DNA of 64,000 bases from Eledone cirrhosa (lineage: Eukaryota): NCBI GenBank assembly GCA_964016885.1, contig CAXHJY010001410.1, positions 29,062 to 93,061 of the forward strand, in the 5' to 3' direction. The notes beneath the pieces are model-generated. The model saw only the letters and a program-made list of their open reading frames with translations, was not told the DNA's origin and ran no database searches. How positions within the stretch are numbered: position 1 is the first letter of the stretch; each line of letters opens with the position of its first letter. Of the stretch, positions 25,601 through 42,865 are shown piece after piece. The position numbers were made by a program, and so were the translations under genes.

Positions 25601-28398
25601 CCTTGATGGCACCTACACTACTGCTACTACTACTACCACTACCACCTTGATGGCACCTACACTACTGCTACTACTACTACCACTACTACCTTGATGGCAC
25701 CTACTACTACTACCACTACTACCTTGATGGCACCTACACTACTGCTACTACTACTACTACTACTACCTTGATGGCACCTACACTACTGCTACTACTACTA
25801 CCACTACTACCTTGATGGCACCTACTACTACTACCACTACTACCTTGATGGCACCTACACTACTGCTACTACTACTACCACTACTACCTTGATGGCACCT
25901 ACTACTACTACCACTACTACCTTGATGGCACCTACACTACTGCTACTACTACTACTACTACTACCTTGATGGCACCTACACTACTGCTACTACTACTACC
26001 ACTACTACCTTGATGGCACCTACTACTACTACCACTACTACCTTGATGGCACCTACACTACTGCTACTACTACTACCACTACTACCTTGATGGCACCTAC
26101 ACTACTGCTACTACTACTACCACTACTACCTTGATGGCACCTACTACTACTACCACTACTACCTTGATGGCACCTACACTACTGCTACTACTACTACCAC
26201 TACTACCTTGATGGCACCTACACTACTGCTACTACTACTACCCCTACTACCTTGATGGCACCTACACTACTGCTACTACTACCACTACTACCTTGATGGC
26301 ACCTACACTACTGCTACTACTACTACCCCTACTACCTTGATGGCACCTACACTACTGCTACTACTACTACCCCTACTACCTTGATGGCACCTATACTACT
26401 GCTACTACTACTACCACTACCACCTTGATGACACCTACACTACTACTACTACTACTACCACTACCACCTTGATGGCACCTACACTACTGCTACTACTACT
26501 ACCCCTACTACCTCGATGGCACCTACACTACTGCTACTACTACCCCTACTACCTTGATGGCACCTACACTACTGCTACTACTACCCCTACTACCTTGATG
26601 GCACCTACACTACTGCTACTACTACTACCACTACCACCTTGATGGCACCTACACTACTGCTACTACTACTACCCCTACTACCTTGATGGCACCTACACTA
26701 CTGCTACTACTACTACCCCTACTACCTTGATGGCACCTACACTACTGCTACTACTACCACTTTGATGGCACCTACACTACTGCTACTACTACTACCACTA
26801 CCTTGATGGCACCTACACTACTGCTACTACTACTACCCCTACCACCTTGATGGCACCTACACTACTGCTACTACTACTACCCCTACCACCTTGATGGCAC
26901 CTACACTACTGCTACTACTACTACCACTACCACCTTGATGACACCTACACTACTGCTACTACTACTACCACTACTACCTTGATGGCACCTACACTACTGC
27001 TACTACTACCCCTACCACCTTGATGGCACCTACACTACTGCTACTACTACTACTACTACCTTGATGGCACCTACACTACTGCTACTACTACTACTACTAC
27101 CTTGATGGCACCTACACTACTGCTACTACTACTACCCCTACTACCTTGATGGCACCTACACTACTGCTACTACTACTACCACTACCTTGATGGCACCTAC
27201 ACTACTGCTACTACTACTACTACTACCTTGATGGCACCTACACTACTGCTACTACTACTACTACTACCTTGATGGCACCTACACTACTGCTACTACTACT
27301 ACCACTACCTTGATGGCACCTACACTACTGCTACTACTACTACCCCTACCACCTTGATGGCACCTACACTACTGCTACTACTACTACCCCTACCACCTTG
27401 ATGGCACCTACACTACTGCTACTACTACTACCACTACCACCTTGATGACACCTACACTACTGCTACTACTACTACCACTACTACCTTGATGGCACCTACA
27501 CTACTGCTACTACTACCCCTACCACCTTGATGGCACCTACACTACTGCTACTACTACTACTACTACCTTGATGGCACCTACACTACTGCTACTACTACTA
27601 CCCCTACCACCTTGATGGCACCTACACTACTGCTACTACTACTACTACTACCTTGATGGCACCTACACTACTGCTACTACTACTACTACTACCTTGATGG
27701 CACCTACACTACTGCTACTACTACTACCCCTACTACCTTGATGGCACCTACACTACTGCTACTACTACTACCCCTACCACCTTGATGGCACCTACACTAC
27801 TGCTACTACTACTACTACTACCTTGATGGCACCTACACTACTGCTACTACTACTACTACTACCTTGATGGCACCTACACTACTGCTACTACTACTACCCC
27901 TACTACCTTGATGGCACCTACACTACTGCTACTACTACTACCCCTACCACCTTGATGGCACCTACACTACTGCTACTACTACTACTACTACCTTGATGGC
28001 ACCTACACTACTGCTACTACTACTACCCCTACCACCTTGATGGCACCTACACTACTGCTACTACTACTACCACTACCACCTTGATGGCACCTACACTACT
28101 GCTACTACTACTACCCCTACTACCTTGATGGCACCTACACTACTACTACTACTACCACTACCACCTTGATGGCACCTACACTACTGCTACTACTACTACC
28201 CCTACTACCTTGATGGCACCTACACTACTGCTACTACTACTACCACTACCTTGATGGCACCTACACTACTGCCACTACTACTACCACTACCACCTTGATG
28301 GCACCTACACTACTGCTACTACTACTACCACTACCACCTTGATGGCACCTACACTACTGCTACTACTACTACTACTACTACTACCTTGATGGCACCTA

Positions 28399-28449
<51 letters not shown>

Positions 28450-28619
28450 CTTGATGGCACCTACACTACTGCTACTACTACTACCACTACCACCTTGATG
28501 GCACCTACACTACTGCTACTACTACTACTACTACTACTACCACTACTACCTTGATGGCACCTACACTACTGCTACTACTACTACTACTACTACTACCACT
28601 ACCACCTTGATGGCACCTA

Positions 28620-28655
<36 letters not shown>

Positions 28656-31600
28656 CACTACTACCTTGATGGCACCTACACTACTGCTACTACTACCACT
28701 ACCACCTTGATGGCACCTACACTACTGCTACTACTACTACTACCTTGATGGCACCTACACTACTACTACTACTACTACCACTACCACCTTCATGGCACCT
28801 ACACTACTGCTACTACTACTACCACTACCACCTTGATGGCACCTACACTACTACCACTACTACTACCACTACCACCTTCATGGCACCTACACTACTGCTA
28901 CTACTACTACCACTACCACCTTGATGGCACCTACACTACTGCTACTACCACTACTACCTTGATGGCACCTACACTACTGCTACTACCACTACTACCTTGA
29001 TGGCACCTACACTACTACTACTACCCCTACTACCTTGATGGCACCTACACTACTGCTACTACTACTACCACTACCACCTTGATGGCACCTACACTACTGC
29101 TACTACTACTACCACTACTACCTTGATGGCACCTACACTACTGCTACTACTACTACCCCTACTACCTTGATGGCACCTACACTACTGCTACTACCACTAC
29201 TACCTTGATGGCACCTACACTACTGCTACTACCACTACTACCTTGATGGCACCTACACTACTACTACTACCCCTACTACCTTGATGGCACCTACACTACT
29301 GCTACTACTACTACCACTACTACCTTGATGGCACCTACACTACTGCTACTACCACTACTACCTTGATGGCACCTACACTACTACTACTACCCCTACTACC
29401 TTGATGGCACCTACACTACTGCTACTACTACTACCACTACTACCTTGATGGCACCTACACTACTACTACTACCCCTACTACCTTGATGGCACCTACACTA
29501 CTGCTACTACTACTACCACTACCACCTTGATGACACCTACACTACTGCTACTACTACTACCACTACCACTTTGATGGCACCTACACTACTGCTACTACTA
29601 CTACCACTACCACCTTGATGGCACCTACACTACTGCTACTACTACTACCCCTACTACCTTGATGGCACCTACACTACTGCTACTACTACTACCTTGATGG
29701 CACCTACACTACTACTACTACTACTACCCCTACTACCTTGATGGCACCTACACTACTGCTACTACTACTACCACTACTACCTTGATGGCACCTACACTAC
29801 TGCTACTACTACTACCACTACCACCTTGATGGCACCTACACTACTGCTACTACTACTACCACTACCACCTTGATGGCACCTACACTACTGCTACTACTAC
29901 CACTACCACCTTGATGGCACCTACACTACTGCTACTACTACTACCACTACCACCTTGATGGCACCTACACTACTGCTACTACTACTACCCCTACCACCTT
30001 GATGGCACCTACACTACTGCTACTACTACTACCACTACCACCTTGATGGCACCTACACTACTGCTACTACTACCACTACCACCTTGATGGCACCTACACT
30101 ACTGCTACTACTACTACCACTACCACCTTGATGGCACCTACACTACTGCTACTACTACTACCCCTACTACCTTGATGGCACCTACACTACTGCTACTACC
30201 ACTACCACTACCACCTTGATGGCACCTACACTACTGCTACTACTACTACCCCTACCACCTTGATGGCACCTACACTACTGCTACTACTACCACTACCACC
30301 TTGATGGCACCTACACTACTGCTACTACCACTACCACTACTACCTTGATGGCACCTACACTACTGCTACTACTACTACTACCTTGATGGCACCTACACTA
30401 CTGCTACTACTACCACCACCACCTTGATGGCACCTACACTACTGCTACTACTACTACCCCTACCACCTTGATGGCACCTACACTACTGCTACTACTACTA
30501 CCACTACCACCTTGATGGCACCTACACTACTGCTACTACTACTACCACTACCACCTTGATGGCACCTACACTACTGCTACTACTACTACTACCTTGATGG
30601 CACCTACACTACTGCTACTACTACTACCACTACTACCTTGATGGCACCTACACTACTGCTACTACTACTACCACTACTACCTTGATGGCACCTACACTAC
30701 TGCTACTACTACTACCACTACCACCTTGATGGCACCTACACTACTGCTACTACTACTACCACTACCACCTTGATGGCACCTACACTACTGCTACTACTAC
30801 TACCACTACCACCTTGATGGCACCTACACTACTGCTACTACTACCACTACCACCTTGATGGCACCTACACTACTGCTACTACTACTACTACTACCTTGAT
30901 GGCACCTACACTACTGCTACTACTACTACCACTACCACCTTGATGGCACCTACACTACTGCTACTACTACTACCACTACCACCTTGATGGCACCTACACT
31001 ACTGCTACTACTACCACTACCACCTTGATGGCACCTACACTACTGCTACTACTACTACCACTACCACCTTGATGGCACCTACACTACTACTACTACTACC
31101 ACTACCACCTTGATGGCACCTACACTACTACTACTACTACCACTACCACCTTGATGGCACCTACACTACTACTACTACTACCACTACCACCTTGATGGCA
31201 CCTACACTACTGCTACTACTACTACTACTACCTTGATGGCACCTACACTACTGCTACTACTACTACCACTACCACCTTGATGGCACCTACACTACTGCTA
31301 CTACTACCACTACCACCTTGATGGCACCTACACTACTGCTACTACTACTACTACTACCTTGATGGCACCTACACTACTGCTACTACTACTACCACTACCA
31401 CCTTGATGGCACCTACACTACTGCTACTACTACTACCACTACCACCTTGATGGCACCTACACTACTGCTACTACTACCACTACCACCTTGATGGCACCTA
31501 CACTACTGCTACTACTACCACTACCACCTTGATGGCACCTACACTACTACTACTACTACCACTACCACCTTGATGGCACCTACACTACTACTACTACTAC

Positions 31601-34600
31601 CACTACCACCTTGATGGCACCTACACTACTACTACTACTACCACTACCACCTTGATGGCACCTACACTACTGCTACTACTACTACTACTACCTTGATGGC
31701 ACCTACACTACTACTACTACTACTACCACTACCACCTTGATGGCACCTACACTACTACTACTACTACCACTACCACCTTGATGGCACCTACACTACTGCT
31801 ACTACTACTACTACTACCTTGATGGCACCTACACTACTGCTACTACTACTACCCCTACTACCTTGATGGCACCTACACTACTGCTACTACTACTACCCCT
31901 ACTACCTTGATGGCACCTACACTACTACCACTACTACCTTGATGGCACCTACACTACTACTACTACTACTACCACTACAACCTTGATGACACTTACACTA
32001 CTACTACTACTACTACCCCTACTACCTTGATGGCACCTACACTACTGCTACTACTACTACCCCTACTACCTTGATGGCACCTACACTACTGCTACTACTA
32101 CTACCCCTACTACCTTGATGGCACCTACACTACTACCACTACTACCTTGATGGCACCCTACACTACTACTACTACTACTACCACTACAACCTTGATGACA
32201 CTTACACTACTACTACTACTACTACCCCTACTACCTTGATGGCACCTACACTACTGCTACTACTACTACCCCTACCACCTTGATGGCACCTACACTACTG
32301 CTACTACTACTACCCCTACCACCTTGATGGCACCTACACTACTACTACTACTACTACCACTACCACCTTGATGGCACCTACACTACTGCTACTACTACTA
32401 CCCCTACCACCTTGATGGCACCTACACTACTGCTACTACTACCACTACTACCTTGATGGCACCTACACTACTGCTACTACTACTACCACTACTACCTTGA
32501 TGGCACCTACACTACTGCTACTACTACTACCCCTACTACCTTGATGGCACCTACACTACTGCTACTACTACTACCCCTACTACCTTGATGGCACCTACAC
32601 TACTGCTACTACTACTACCCCTACCACCTTGATGGCACCTACACTACTGCTACTACTACCACTACCACCTTGATGGCACCTACACTACTGCTACTACTAC
32701 TACCACTACCACCTTGATGGCACCTACACTACTGCTACTACTACTACCCCTACCACCTTGATGGCACCTACACTACTGCTACTACTACCACTACCACCTT
32801 GATGGCACCTACACTACTGCTACTACTACCACTACCACCTTGATGGCACCTACACTACTGCTACTACTACTACCCCTACCACCTTGATGGCACCTACACT
32901 ACTGCTACTACTACTACTACCTTGATGGCACCTACACTACTGCTACTACTACTACCCCTACTACCTTGATGGCACCTACACTACTGCTACTACTACTACC
33001 ACTACTACCTTGATGGCACCTACACTACTGCTACTACTACTACCACTACTACCTTGATGGCACCTACACTACTGCTACTACTACTACCCCTACCACCTTG
33101 ATGGCACCTACACTACTGCTACTACTACTACCCCTACTACCTTGATGGCACCTACACTACTACTACTACCACTACCACCTTGATGGCACCTACACTACTG
33201 CTACTACTACTACCCCTACTACCTTGATGGCACCTACACTACTGCTACTACCACTACTACCTTGATGGCACCTACACTACTGCTACTACTACTACCCCTA
33301 CCACCTTGATGGCACCTACACTACTGCTACTACTACTACCACTACTACCTTGATGGCACCTACACTACTGCTACTACTACTACTACCTTGATGGCACCTA
33401 CACTACTGCTACTACTACTACTACCTTGATGGCACCTACACTACTGCTACTACTACTACCACTACTACCTTGATGGCACCTACACTACTGCTACTACTAC
33501 TACCCCTACTACCTTGATGGCACCTACACTACTGCTACTACTACTACCCCTACCACCTTGATGGCACCTACACTACTGCTACTACTACTACCACTACTAC
33601 CTTGATGGCACCTACACTACTGCTACTACTACTACCCCTACTACCTTGATGGCACCTACACTACTGCTACTACTACTACCCCTACTACCTTGATGGCACC
33701 TACACTACTGCTACTACTACTACCCCTACCACCTTGATGGCACCTACACTACTGCTACTACTACTACCACTACTACCTTGATGGCACCTACACTACTGCT
33801 ACTACTACTACCCCTACTACCTTGATGGCACCTACACTACTGCTACTACTACTACCCCTACCACCTTGATGGCACCTACACTACTGCTACTACTACTACC
33901 ACCTTGATGGCACCTACACTATTGCTACTGCTACTACCACTACCACCTTGATGGCACCTACACTACTGCTACTACTACCCCTACTACCTTGATGGCACCT
34001 ACACTACTGCTACTACTACTACCCCTACTACCTTGATGGCACCTACACTACTGCTACTACTACTACCCCTACCACCTTGATGGCACCTACACTACTACTA
34101 CTACTACCACTACCACCTTGATGACACCTACACTACTACTACTACTACTACCCCTACTACCTTGATGGCACCTATACTACTGCTACTACTACTACCACTA
34201 CTACCTTGATGGCACCTATACTACTGCTACTACTACTACCACTACTACCTTGATGGCACCTACACTACTGCTACTACTACCCCTACCACCTTGATGGCAC
34301 CTACACTACTGCTACTACTACTACCCCTACTACCTTGATGGCACCTACACTACTACCACTACTACTACCCCTACCACCTTGATGGCACCTACACTACTGC
34401 TACTACTACTACCCCTACTACCTTGATGGCACCTACACTACTGCTACTACTACTACCCCTACTACCTTGATGGCACCTACACTACTGCTACTACTACTAC
34501 CACTACCACCTTGATGACACCTATACTACTGCTACTACTACTACCCCTACTACCTTGATGGCACCTACACTACTGCTACTACTACTACCCCTACTACCTT

Positions 34601-37600
34601 GATGGCACCTACACTACTGCTACTACTACTACCACTACCACCTTGATGACACCTATACTACTGCTACTACTACTACCCCTACTACCTTGATGGCACCTAC
34701 ACTACTGCTACTACTACTACTACCTTGATGGCACCTACACTACTGCTACTACCCCTACTACCTTGATGGCACCTACACTACTACCACTACTACTACCCCT
34801 ACCACCTTGATGGCACCTACACTACTGCTACTACTACTACCACCTTGATGGCACCTACACTACTGCTACTACTACTACCCCTACTACCTTGATGGCACCT
34901 ACACTACTACTACTACTACTACCCCTACTACCTTGATGGCACCTACACTACTGCTACTACTACTACCACTACTACCTTGATGGCACCTACACTACTGCTA
35001 CTACTACTACCCCTACCACCTTGATGGCACCTACACTACTGCTACTACTACTACCCCTACTACCTTGATGGCACCTACACTACTGCTACTACTACTACCC
35101 CTACTACCTTGATGGCACCTACACTACTGCTACTACCCCTACTACCTTGATGGCACCTACACTACTGCTACTACCCCTACTACCTTGATGGCACCTACAC
35201 TACTACTACTACCCCTACTACCTTGATGGCACCTACACTACTGCTACTACTACTACCCCTACTACCTTGATGGCACCTACACTACTGCTACTACTACTAC
35301 CCCTACTACCTTGATGGCACCTACACTACTGCTACTACTACTACCCCTACTACCTTGATGGCACCTACACTACTGCTACTACTACTACCACTACCACCTT
35401 GATGGCACCTACACTACTGCTACTACTACTACCCCTACTACCTTGATGGCACCTACACTACTGCTACTACTACTACCCCTACTACCTTGATGGCACCTAC
35501 ACTACTGCTACTACTACTACCCCTACTACCTTGATGGCACCTACACTACTGCTACTACTACTACCACTACCACCTTGATGGCACCTACACTACTGCTACT
35601 ACTACTACCCCTACTACCTTGATGGCACCTACACTACTGCTACTACTACTACCCCTACTACCTTGATGGCACCTACACTACTGCTACTACTACTACCCCT
35701 ACTACCTTGATGGCACCTACACTACTGCTACTACTACTACCACTACCACCTTGATGGCACCTACACTACTGCTACTACTACTACCACTACCACCTTGATG
35801 GCACCTACACTACTGCTACTACTACCCCTACCACCTTGATGGCACCTACACTACTGCTACTACTACTACCCCTACTACCTTGATGGCACCTACACTACTG
35901 CTACTACTACCCCTACCACCTTGATGGCACCTACACTACTGCTACTACTACTACCCCTACTACCTTGATGGCACCTACACTACTGCTACTACTACTACCA
36001 CTACCACCTTGATGGCACCTACACTACTGCTACTACTACTACCACTACCACCTTGATGGCACCTACACTACTGCTACTACTACCCCTACCACCTTGATGG
36101 CACCTACACTACTGCTACTACTACTACCCCTACTACCTTGATGGCACCTACACTACTGCTACTACTACCCCTACCACCTTGATGGCACCTACACTACTGC
36201 TACTACTACTACCCCTACTACCTTGATGGCACCTACACTACTGCTACTACTACTACCACTACCACCTTGATGGCACCTACACTACTGCTACTACTACTAC
36301 CACTACCACCTTGATGGCACCTACACTACTGCTACTACTACCCCTACCACCTTGATGGCACCTACACTACTGCTACTACTACTACCCCTACTACCTTGAT
36401 GGCACCTACACTACTGCTACTACTACCCCTACCACCTTGATGGCACCTACACTACTGCTACTACTACTACCCCTACCACCTTGATGGCACCTACACTACT
36501 GCTACTACTACTACCCCTACTACCTTGATGGCACCTACACTACTGCTACTACTACTACCCCTACCACCTTGATGACACCTATACTACTGCTACTACTACT
36601 ACCCCTACTACCTTGATGGCACCTACACTACTGCTACTACTACTACCACTACCACCTTGATGGCACCTACACTACTGCTACTACTACTACCCCTACTACC
36701 TTGATGGCACCTACACTACTGCTACTACTACTACCACTACCACCTTGATGGCACCTACACTACTGCTACTACTACTACCCCTACTACCTTGATGGCACCT
36801 ACACTACTACTACTACTACTACTACTACTACCTTGATGGCACCTACACTACTGCTACTACTACTACCCCTACTACCTTGATGGCACCTACACTACTGCTA
36901 CTACTACTACCCCTACTACCTTGATGGCACCTACACTACTGCTACTACTACTACCCCTACTACCTTGATGGCACCTACACTACTGCTACTACTACTACCC
37001 CTACTACCTTGATGGCACCTACACTACTGCTACTACTACTACCCCTACTACCTTGATGGCACCTACACTACTGCTACTACTACTACCCCTACTACCTTGA
37101 TGGCACCTACACTACTGCTACTACTACTACCCCTACTACCTTGATGGCACCTACACTACTGCTACTACTACTACCCCTACTACCTTGATGACACCTACAC
37201 TACTACTACTACCACTACTACCTTGATGGCACCTACACTACTGCTACTACTACTACCACTACTACCTTGATGGCACCTACACTACTGCTACTACTACTAC
37301 CACTACCACCTTGATGGCACCTACACTACTGCTACTACTACTACCCCTACTACCTTGATGGCACCTACACTACTGCTACTACTACTACCCCTACTACCTT
37401 GATGGCACCTACACTACTGCTACTACTACTACCCCTACTACCTTGATGGCACCTACACTACTGCTACTACTACTACCCCTACTACCTTGATGGCACCTAC
37501 ACTACTACTACTACTACTACCCCTACTACCTTGATGGCACCTATACTACTGCTACTACTACTACCACTACCACCTTGATGGCACCTACACTACTGCTACT

Positions 37601-40600
37601 ACTACTACCCCTACTACCTTGATGGCACCTACACTACTACTACTACTACTACCCCTACTACCTTGATGGCACCTACACTACTGCTACTACTACTACCCCT
37701 ACTACCTTGATGGCACCTACACTACTACTACTACTACTACCCCTACTACCTTGATGGCACCTATACTACTGCTACTACTACTACCACTACTACCTTGATG
37801 GCACCTACACTACTGCTACTACTACTACCCCTACTACCTTGATGGCACCTACACTACTGCTACTACTACTACCCCTACTACCTTGATGGCACCTACACTA
37901 CTACTACTACTACTACCCCTACTACCTTGATGGCACCTATACTACTGCTACTACTACTACCACTACCACCTTGATGGCACCTACACTACTGCTACTACTA
38001 CTACCCCTACTACCTTGATGGCACCTACACTACTACTACTACTACTACCCCTACTACCTTGATGGCACCTACACTACTGCTACTACTACTACCCCTACTA
38101 CCTTGATGGCACCTACACTACTACTACTACTACTACCCCTACTACCTTGATGGCACCTATACTACTGCTACTACTACTACCACTACTACCTTGATGGCAC
38201 CTACACTACTGCTACTACTACTACCCCTACTACCTTGATGGCACCTACACTACTGCTACTACTACTACCCCTACTACCTTGATGGCACCTACACTACTAC
38301 TACTACTACTACCCCTACTACCTTGATGGCACCTATACTACTGCTACTACTACTACCACTACCACCTTGATGGCACCTACACTACTGCTACTACTACTAC
38401 CCCTACTACCTTGATGGCACCTACACTACTACTACTACTACTACCCCTACTACCTTGATGGCACCTACACTACTGCTACTACTACTACCCCTACTACCTT
38501 GATGGCACCTACACTACTGCTACTACTACTACCCCTACTACCTTGATGGCACCTACACTACTGCTACTACTACTACCACTACCACCTTGATGACACCTAC
38601 ACTACTGCTACTACTACTACCACTACTACCTTGATGGCACCTACACTACTGCTACTACTACCCCTACTACCTTGATGGCACCTACACTACTGCTACTACT
38701 ACTACCCCTACTACCTTGATGGCACCTACACTACTGCTACTACTACTACCCCTACCACCTTGATGGCACCTACACTACTGCTACTACTACTACCCCTACT
38801 ACCTTGATGGCACCTACACTACTGCTACTACTACTACCCCTACTACCTTGATGGCACCTACACTACTGCTACTACTACTACCACTACTACCTTGATGGCA
38901 CCTACACTACTGCTACTACTACCACTACTACCTTGATGGCACCTACACTACTGCTACTACTACTACCACTACCACCTTGATGGCACCTACACTACTGCTA
39001 CTACTACTACCTTGATGGCACCTACACTACTACTACTACCACTACTACCTTGATGGCACCTACACTACTACTACTACTACTACCACTACTACCTTGATGG
39101 CACCTACACTACTGCTACTACTACTACCACTACTACCTTGATGGCACCTACACTACTACTACTACTACTACCACTACCACCTTGATGGCACCTACACTAC
39201 TGCTACTACTACCACTACTACCTTGATGGCACCTACACTACTGCTACTACTACTACCACTACCACCTTGATGGCACCTACACTACTGCTACTACTACTAC
39301 CTTGATGGCACCTACACTACTGCTACTACTACTACCTTGATGGCACCTACACTACTGCTACTACTACTACCCCTACTACCTTGATGGCACCTACACTACT
39401 GCTACTACTACTACCTTGATGGCACCTACACTACTGCTACTACTACTACCACTACTACCTTGATGGCACCTACACTACTGCTACTACTACTACCACTACC
39501 ACCTTGATGGCACCTACACTACTGCTACTACTACTACCTTGATGGCACCTACACTACTGCTACTACTACTACCCCTACTACCTTGATGGCACCTACACTA
39601 CTGCTACTACTACTACCCCTACTACCTTGATGGCACCTACACTACTGCTACTACTACTACCACTACCACCTTGATGGCACCTACACTACTGCTACTACTA
39701 CTACCTTGATGGCACCTACACTACTGCTACTACTACTACCCCTACTACCTTGATGGCACCTACACTACTGCTACTACTACTACCACTACCACCTTGATGG
39801 CACCTACACTACTGCTACTACTACTACCTTGATGGCACCTACACTACTGCTACTACTACTACCACTACCACCTTGATGGCACCTACACTACTGCTACTAC
39901 TACTACTACCTTGATGGCACCTACACTACTGCTACTACTACTACTACCTTGATGGCACCTACACTACTGCTACTACTACTACCCCTACTACCTTGATGGC
40001 ACCTACACTACTGCTACTACTACTACCCCTACCACCTTGATGGCACCTACACTACTGCTACTACTACTACCCCTACCACCTTGATGGCACCTACACTACT
40101 GCTACTACTACTACCCCTACTACCTTGATGGCACCTACACTACTGCTACTACTACTACCCCTACTACCTTGATGGCACCTACACAACTGCTACTACTACT
40201 ACCCCTACCACCTTGATGGCACCTACACTACTGCTACTACTACTACCCCTACTACCTTGATGGCACCTACACTACTGCTACTACTACTACCACCTTGATG
40301 GCACCTACACTACTACCACTACCACCTTGATGGCACCTACACTACTGCTACTACTACTACCCCTACTACCTTGATGGCACCTACACTACTGCTACTACTA
40401 CTACCCCTACTACCTTGATGGCACCTACACTACTGCTACTACTACTACCACTACTACCTTGATGGCACCTACACTACTGCTACTACCACTACCACCTTGA
40501 TGGCACCTACACTACTGCTACTACTACTACCCCTACTACCTTGATGGCACCTACACTACTGCTACTACTACTACTACCTTGATGGCACCTACACTACTGC

Positions 40601-42180
40601 TACTACTACTACCCCTACTACCTTGATGGCACCTACACTACTGCTACTACTACTACTACTACTACCTTGATGGCACCTACACTACTGCTACTACTACTAC
40701 CACTACCACCTTGATGGCACATACACTACTGCTACTACTACTACCCCTACTACCTTGATGGCACCTACACTACTGCTACTACTACTACTACCTTGATGGC
40801 ACCTACACTACTGCTACTACTACTACCCCTACTACCTTGATGGCACCTACACTACTGCTACTACTACTACTACCTTGATGGCACATACACTACTGCTACT
40901 ACTACTACCCCTACTACCTTGATGGCACCTACACTACTACTACTACTACTACTACCTTGATGGCACCTACACTACTGCTACTACTACTACTACTACTACC
41001 TTGATGGCACCTACACTACTGCTACTACTACTACCCCTACTACCTTGATGGCACCTACACTACTGCTACTACTACTACCACTACTACCTTGATGGCACCT
41101 ACACTACTGCTACTACTACTACTACTACTACCTTGATGGCACCTACACTACTGCTACTACTACTACCCCTACTACCTTGATGGCACCTACACTACTGCTA
41201 CTACTACTACCCCTACTACCTTGATGGCACCTACACTACTGCTACTACTACTACTACCTTGATGGCACATACACTACTGCTACTACTACTACCCCTACTA
41301 CCTTGATGGCACCTACACTACTACTACTACTACTACCACCTTGATGGCACCTACACTACTGCTACTACTACTACCACTACCACCTTGATGGCACATACAC
41401 TACTGCTACTACTACTACCCCTACTACCTTGATGGCACCTACACTACTGCTACTACTACTACTACCTTGATGGCACCTACACTACTGCTACTACTACTAC
41501 CCCTACTACCTTGATGGCACCTACACTACTGCTACTACTACTACTACCTTGATGGCACATACACTACTGCTACTACTACTACCCCTACTACCTTGATGGC
41601 ACCTACACTACTACTACTACTACTACTACCTTGATGGCACCTACACTACTGCTACTACTACTACCTCTACTACCTTGATGGCACCTACACTACTGCTACT
41701 ACTACTACCACTACCACCTTGATGGCACCTACACTACTACTACTACCACTACCACCTTGATGGCACCTACACTACTGCTACTACTACTACCTCTACTACC
41801 TTGATGGCACCTACACTACTGCTACTACTACTACCACTACCACCTTGATGGCACCTACACTACTACTACTACCACCACCACCTTGATGGCACCTACACTA
41901 CTACTACTACTACTACCACCTTGATGGCACCTACACTACTACTACTACTACTACTACCTTGATGGCACCTACACTACTGCTACTACTACTACCTCTACTA
42001 CCTTGATGGCACCTACACTACTGCTACTACTACTACCTCTACTACCTTGATGGCACCTACACTACTGCTACTACTACTACCACTACCACCTTGATGGCAC
42101 CTACACTACTGCTACTACTACTACCACTACCACCTTGATGGCACCTACACTACCACCACTACCACCTTGATGGCAACTAC
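16598..42180. repeat. ~25.6-kb satellite, ~43-bp unit, roughly 600 copies
   Basis: Unit CCTTGATGGCACCTACACTACTGCTACTACTACTAC(C/T)(C/A)CTAC(T/C)A; length varies mostly in 3-nt steps. Confidence 0.98.
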
Positions 42181-42184
42181 AGCC

Positions 42185-42865
42185 AGTGTGAACTGGGAGG
42201 TTTTTACCGTGTTACCTACACGGCCACATTACAGCGTGGACTGTGTGTTTTTTTATCGTGACACCTACACGACCTCATTTATTTCGAGCTGGATGTTGTG
42301 GTACCAACATAACTTTACATTGAAAGGGGGTGGTGTGGATGGGGTGGGGATAGTGGGACGGGGTGTATTTTGTTAGAGGTGCCTACTGACTGTAGGTTTC
42401 GCCCTGTCTTCTGTATTACTGTGTAGCGCCAAAGATCTCGGTCCAGTGACATTGTCTTGGAGAGGTGTAAGTGTGTGAGGTCGGAATTTATCAAGTCGTC
42501 CCAGGTTTTTCTGGGTCTGCCTACTCCGTGGCTACCGTCTGTTTTTATTGCCCTGCACTTTTTTATACAGCTGTCATCTATCATGCGCATCACGTGACCA
42601 TACCAACGTAGTCTTCTCTCGAGTAAACAACATCTGATCCCTCTTATTCCTAATTTCTCCCTTAGTTCGTTTATGCTTTGCCGTTCACGTATATTACTAT
42701 TACACATCCAGCGGAGCATGCAAGATTCGTTCCTCTCCAGTCTGCGTATATCCTCTGCACACAATGCCCAGGTCTCACTGCCATGCAACATTGCTGTTCG
42801 ATTGCAGGCATCATACAGCCTGCCTTTCATTTTTAGGGAGAACCCTTTAGCGGCTATAATTATGT
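42185..42865 (-). mobile_element. RTE LINE 3' fragment (RT C-terminus plus UTR)
   Basis: KGRLYDAC..AMLHGSETW..MLRWMC..RRLRWYGHVMRM..GRPRKTWDDLINSDL; paralogous to 15720-16074. Confidence 0.88.

Noticed and set aside
16598-42180. CRISPR-like look (constant 19-nt repeat plus variable spacer)
   Set aside because: The 'spacers' are all CTA-slippage variants of one sequence, there are no cas genes, and the context is eukaryotic.
16598-42180. Telomeric repeat or mucin-like Thr-rich coding exon
   Set aside because: No TTAGGG/CCCTAA units. Unit length is 1 mod 3, so frames rotate into TGA, and the ORF track shows nothing here.
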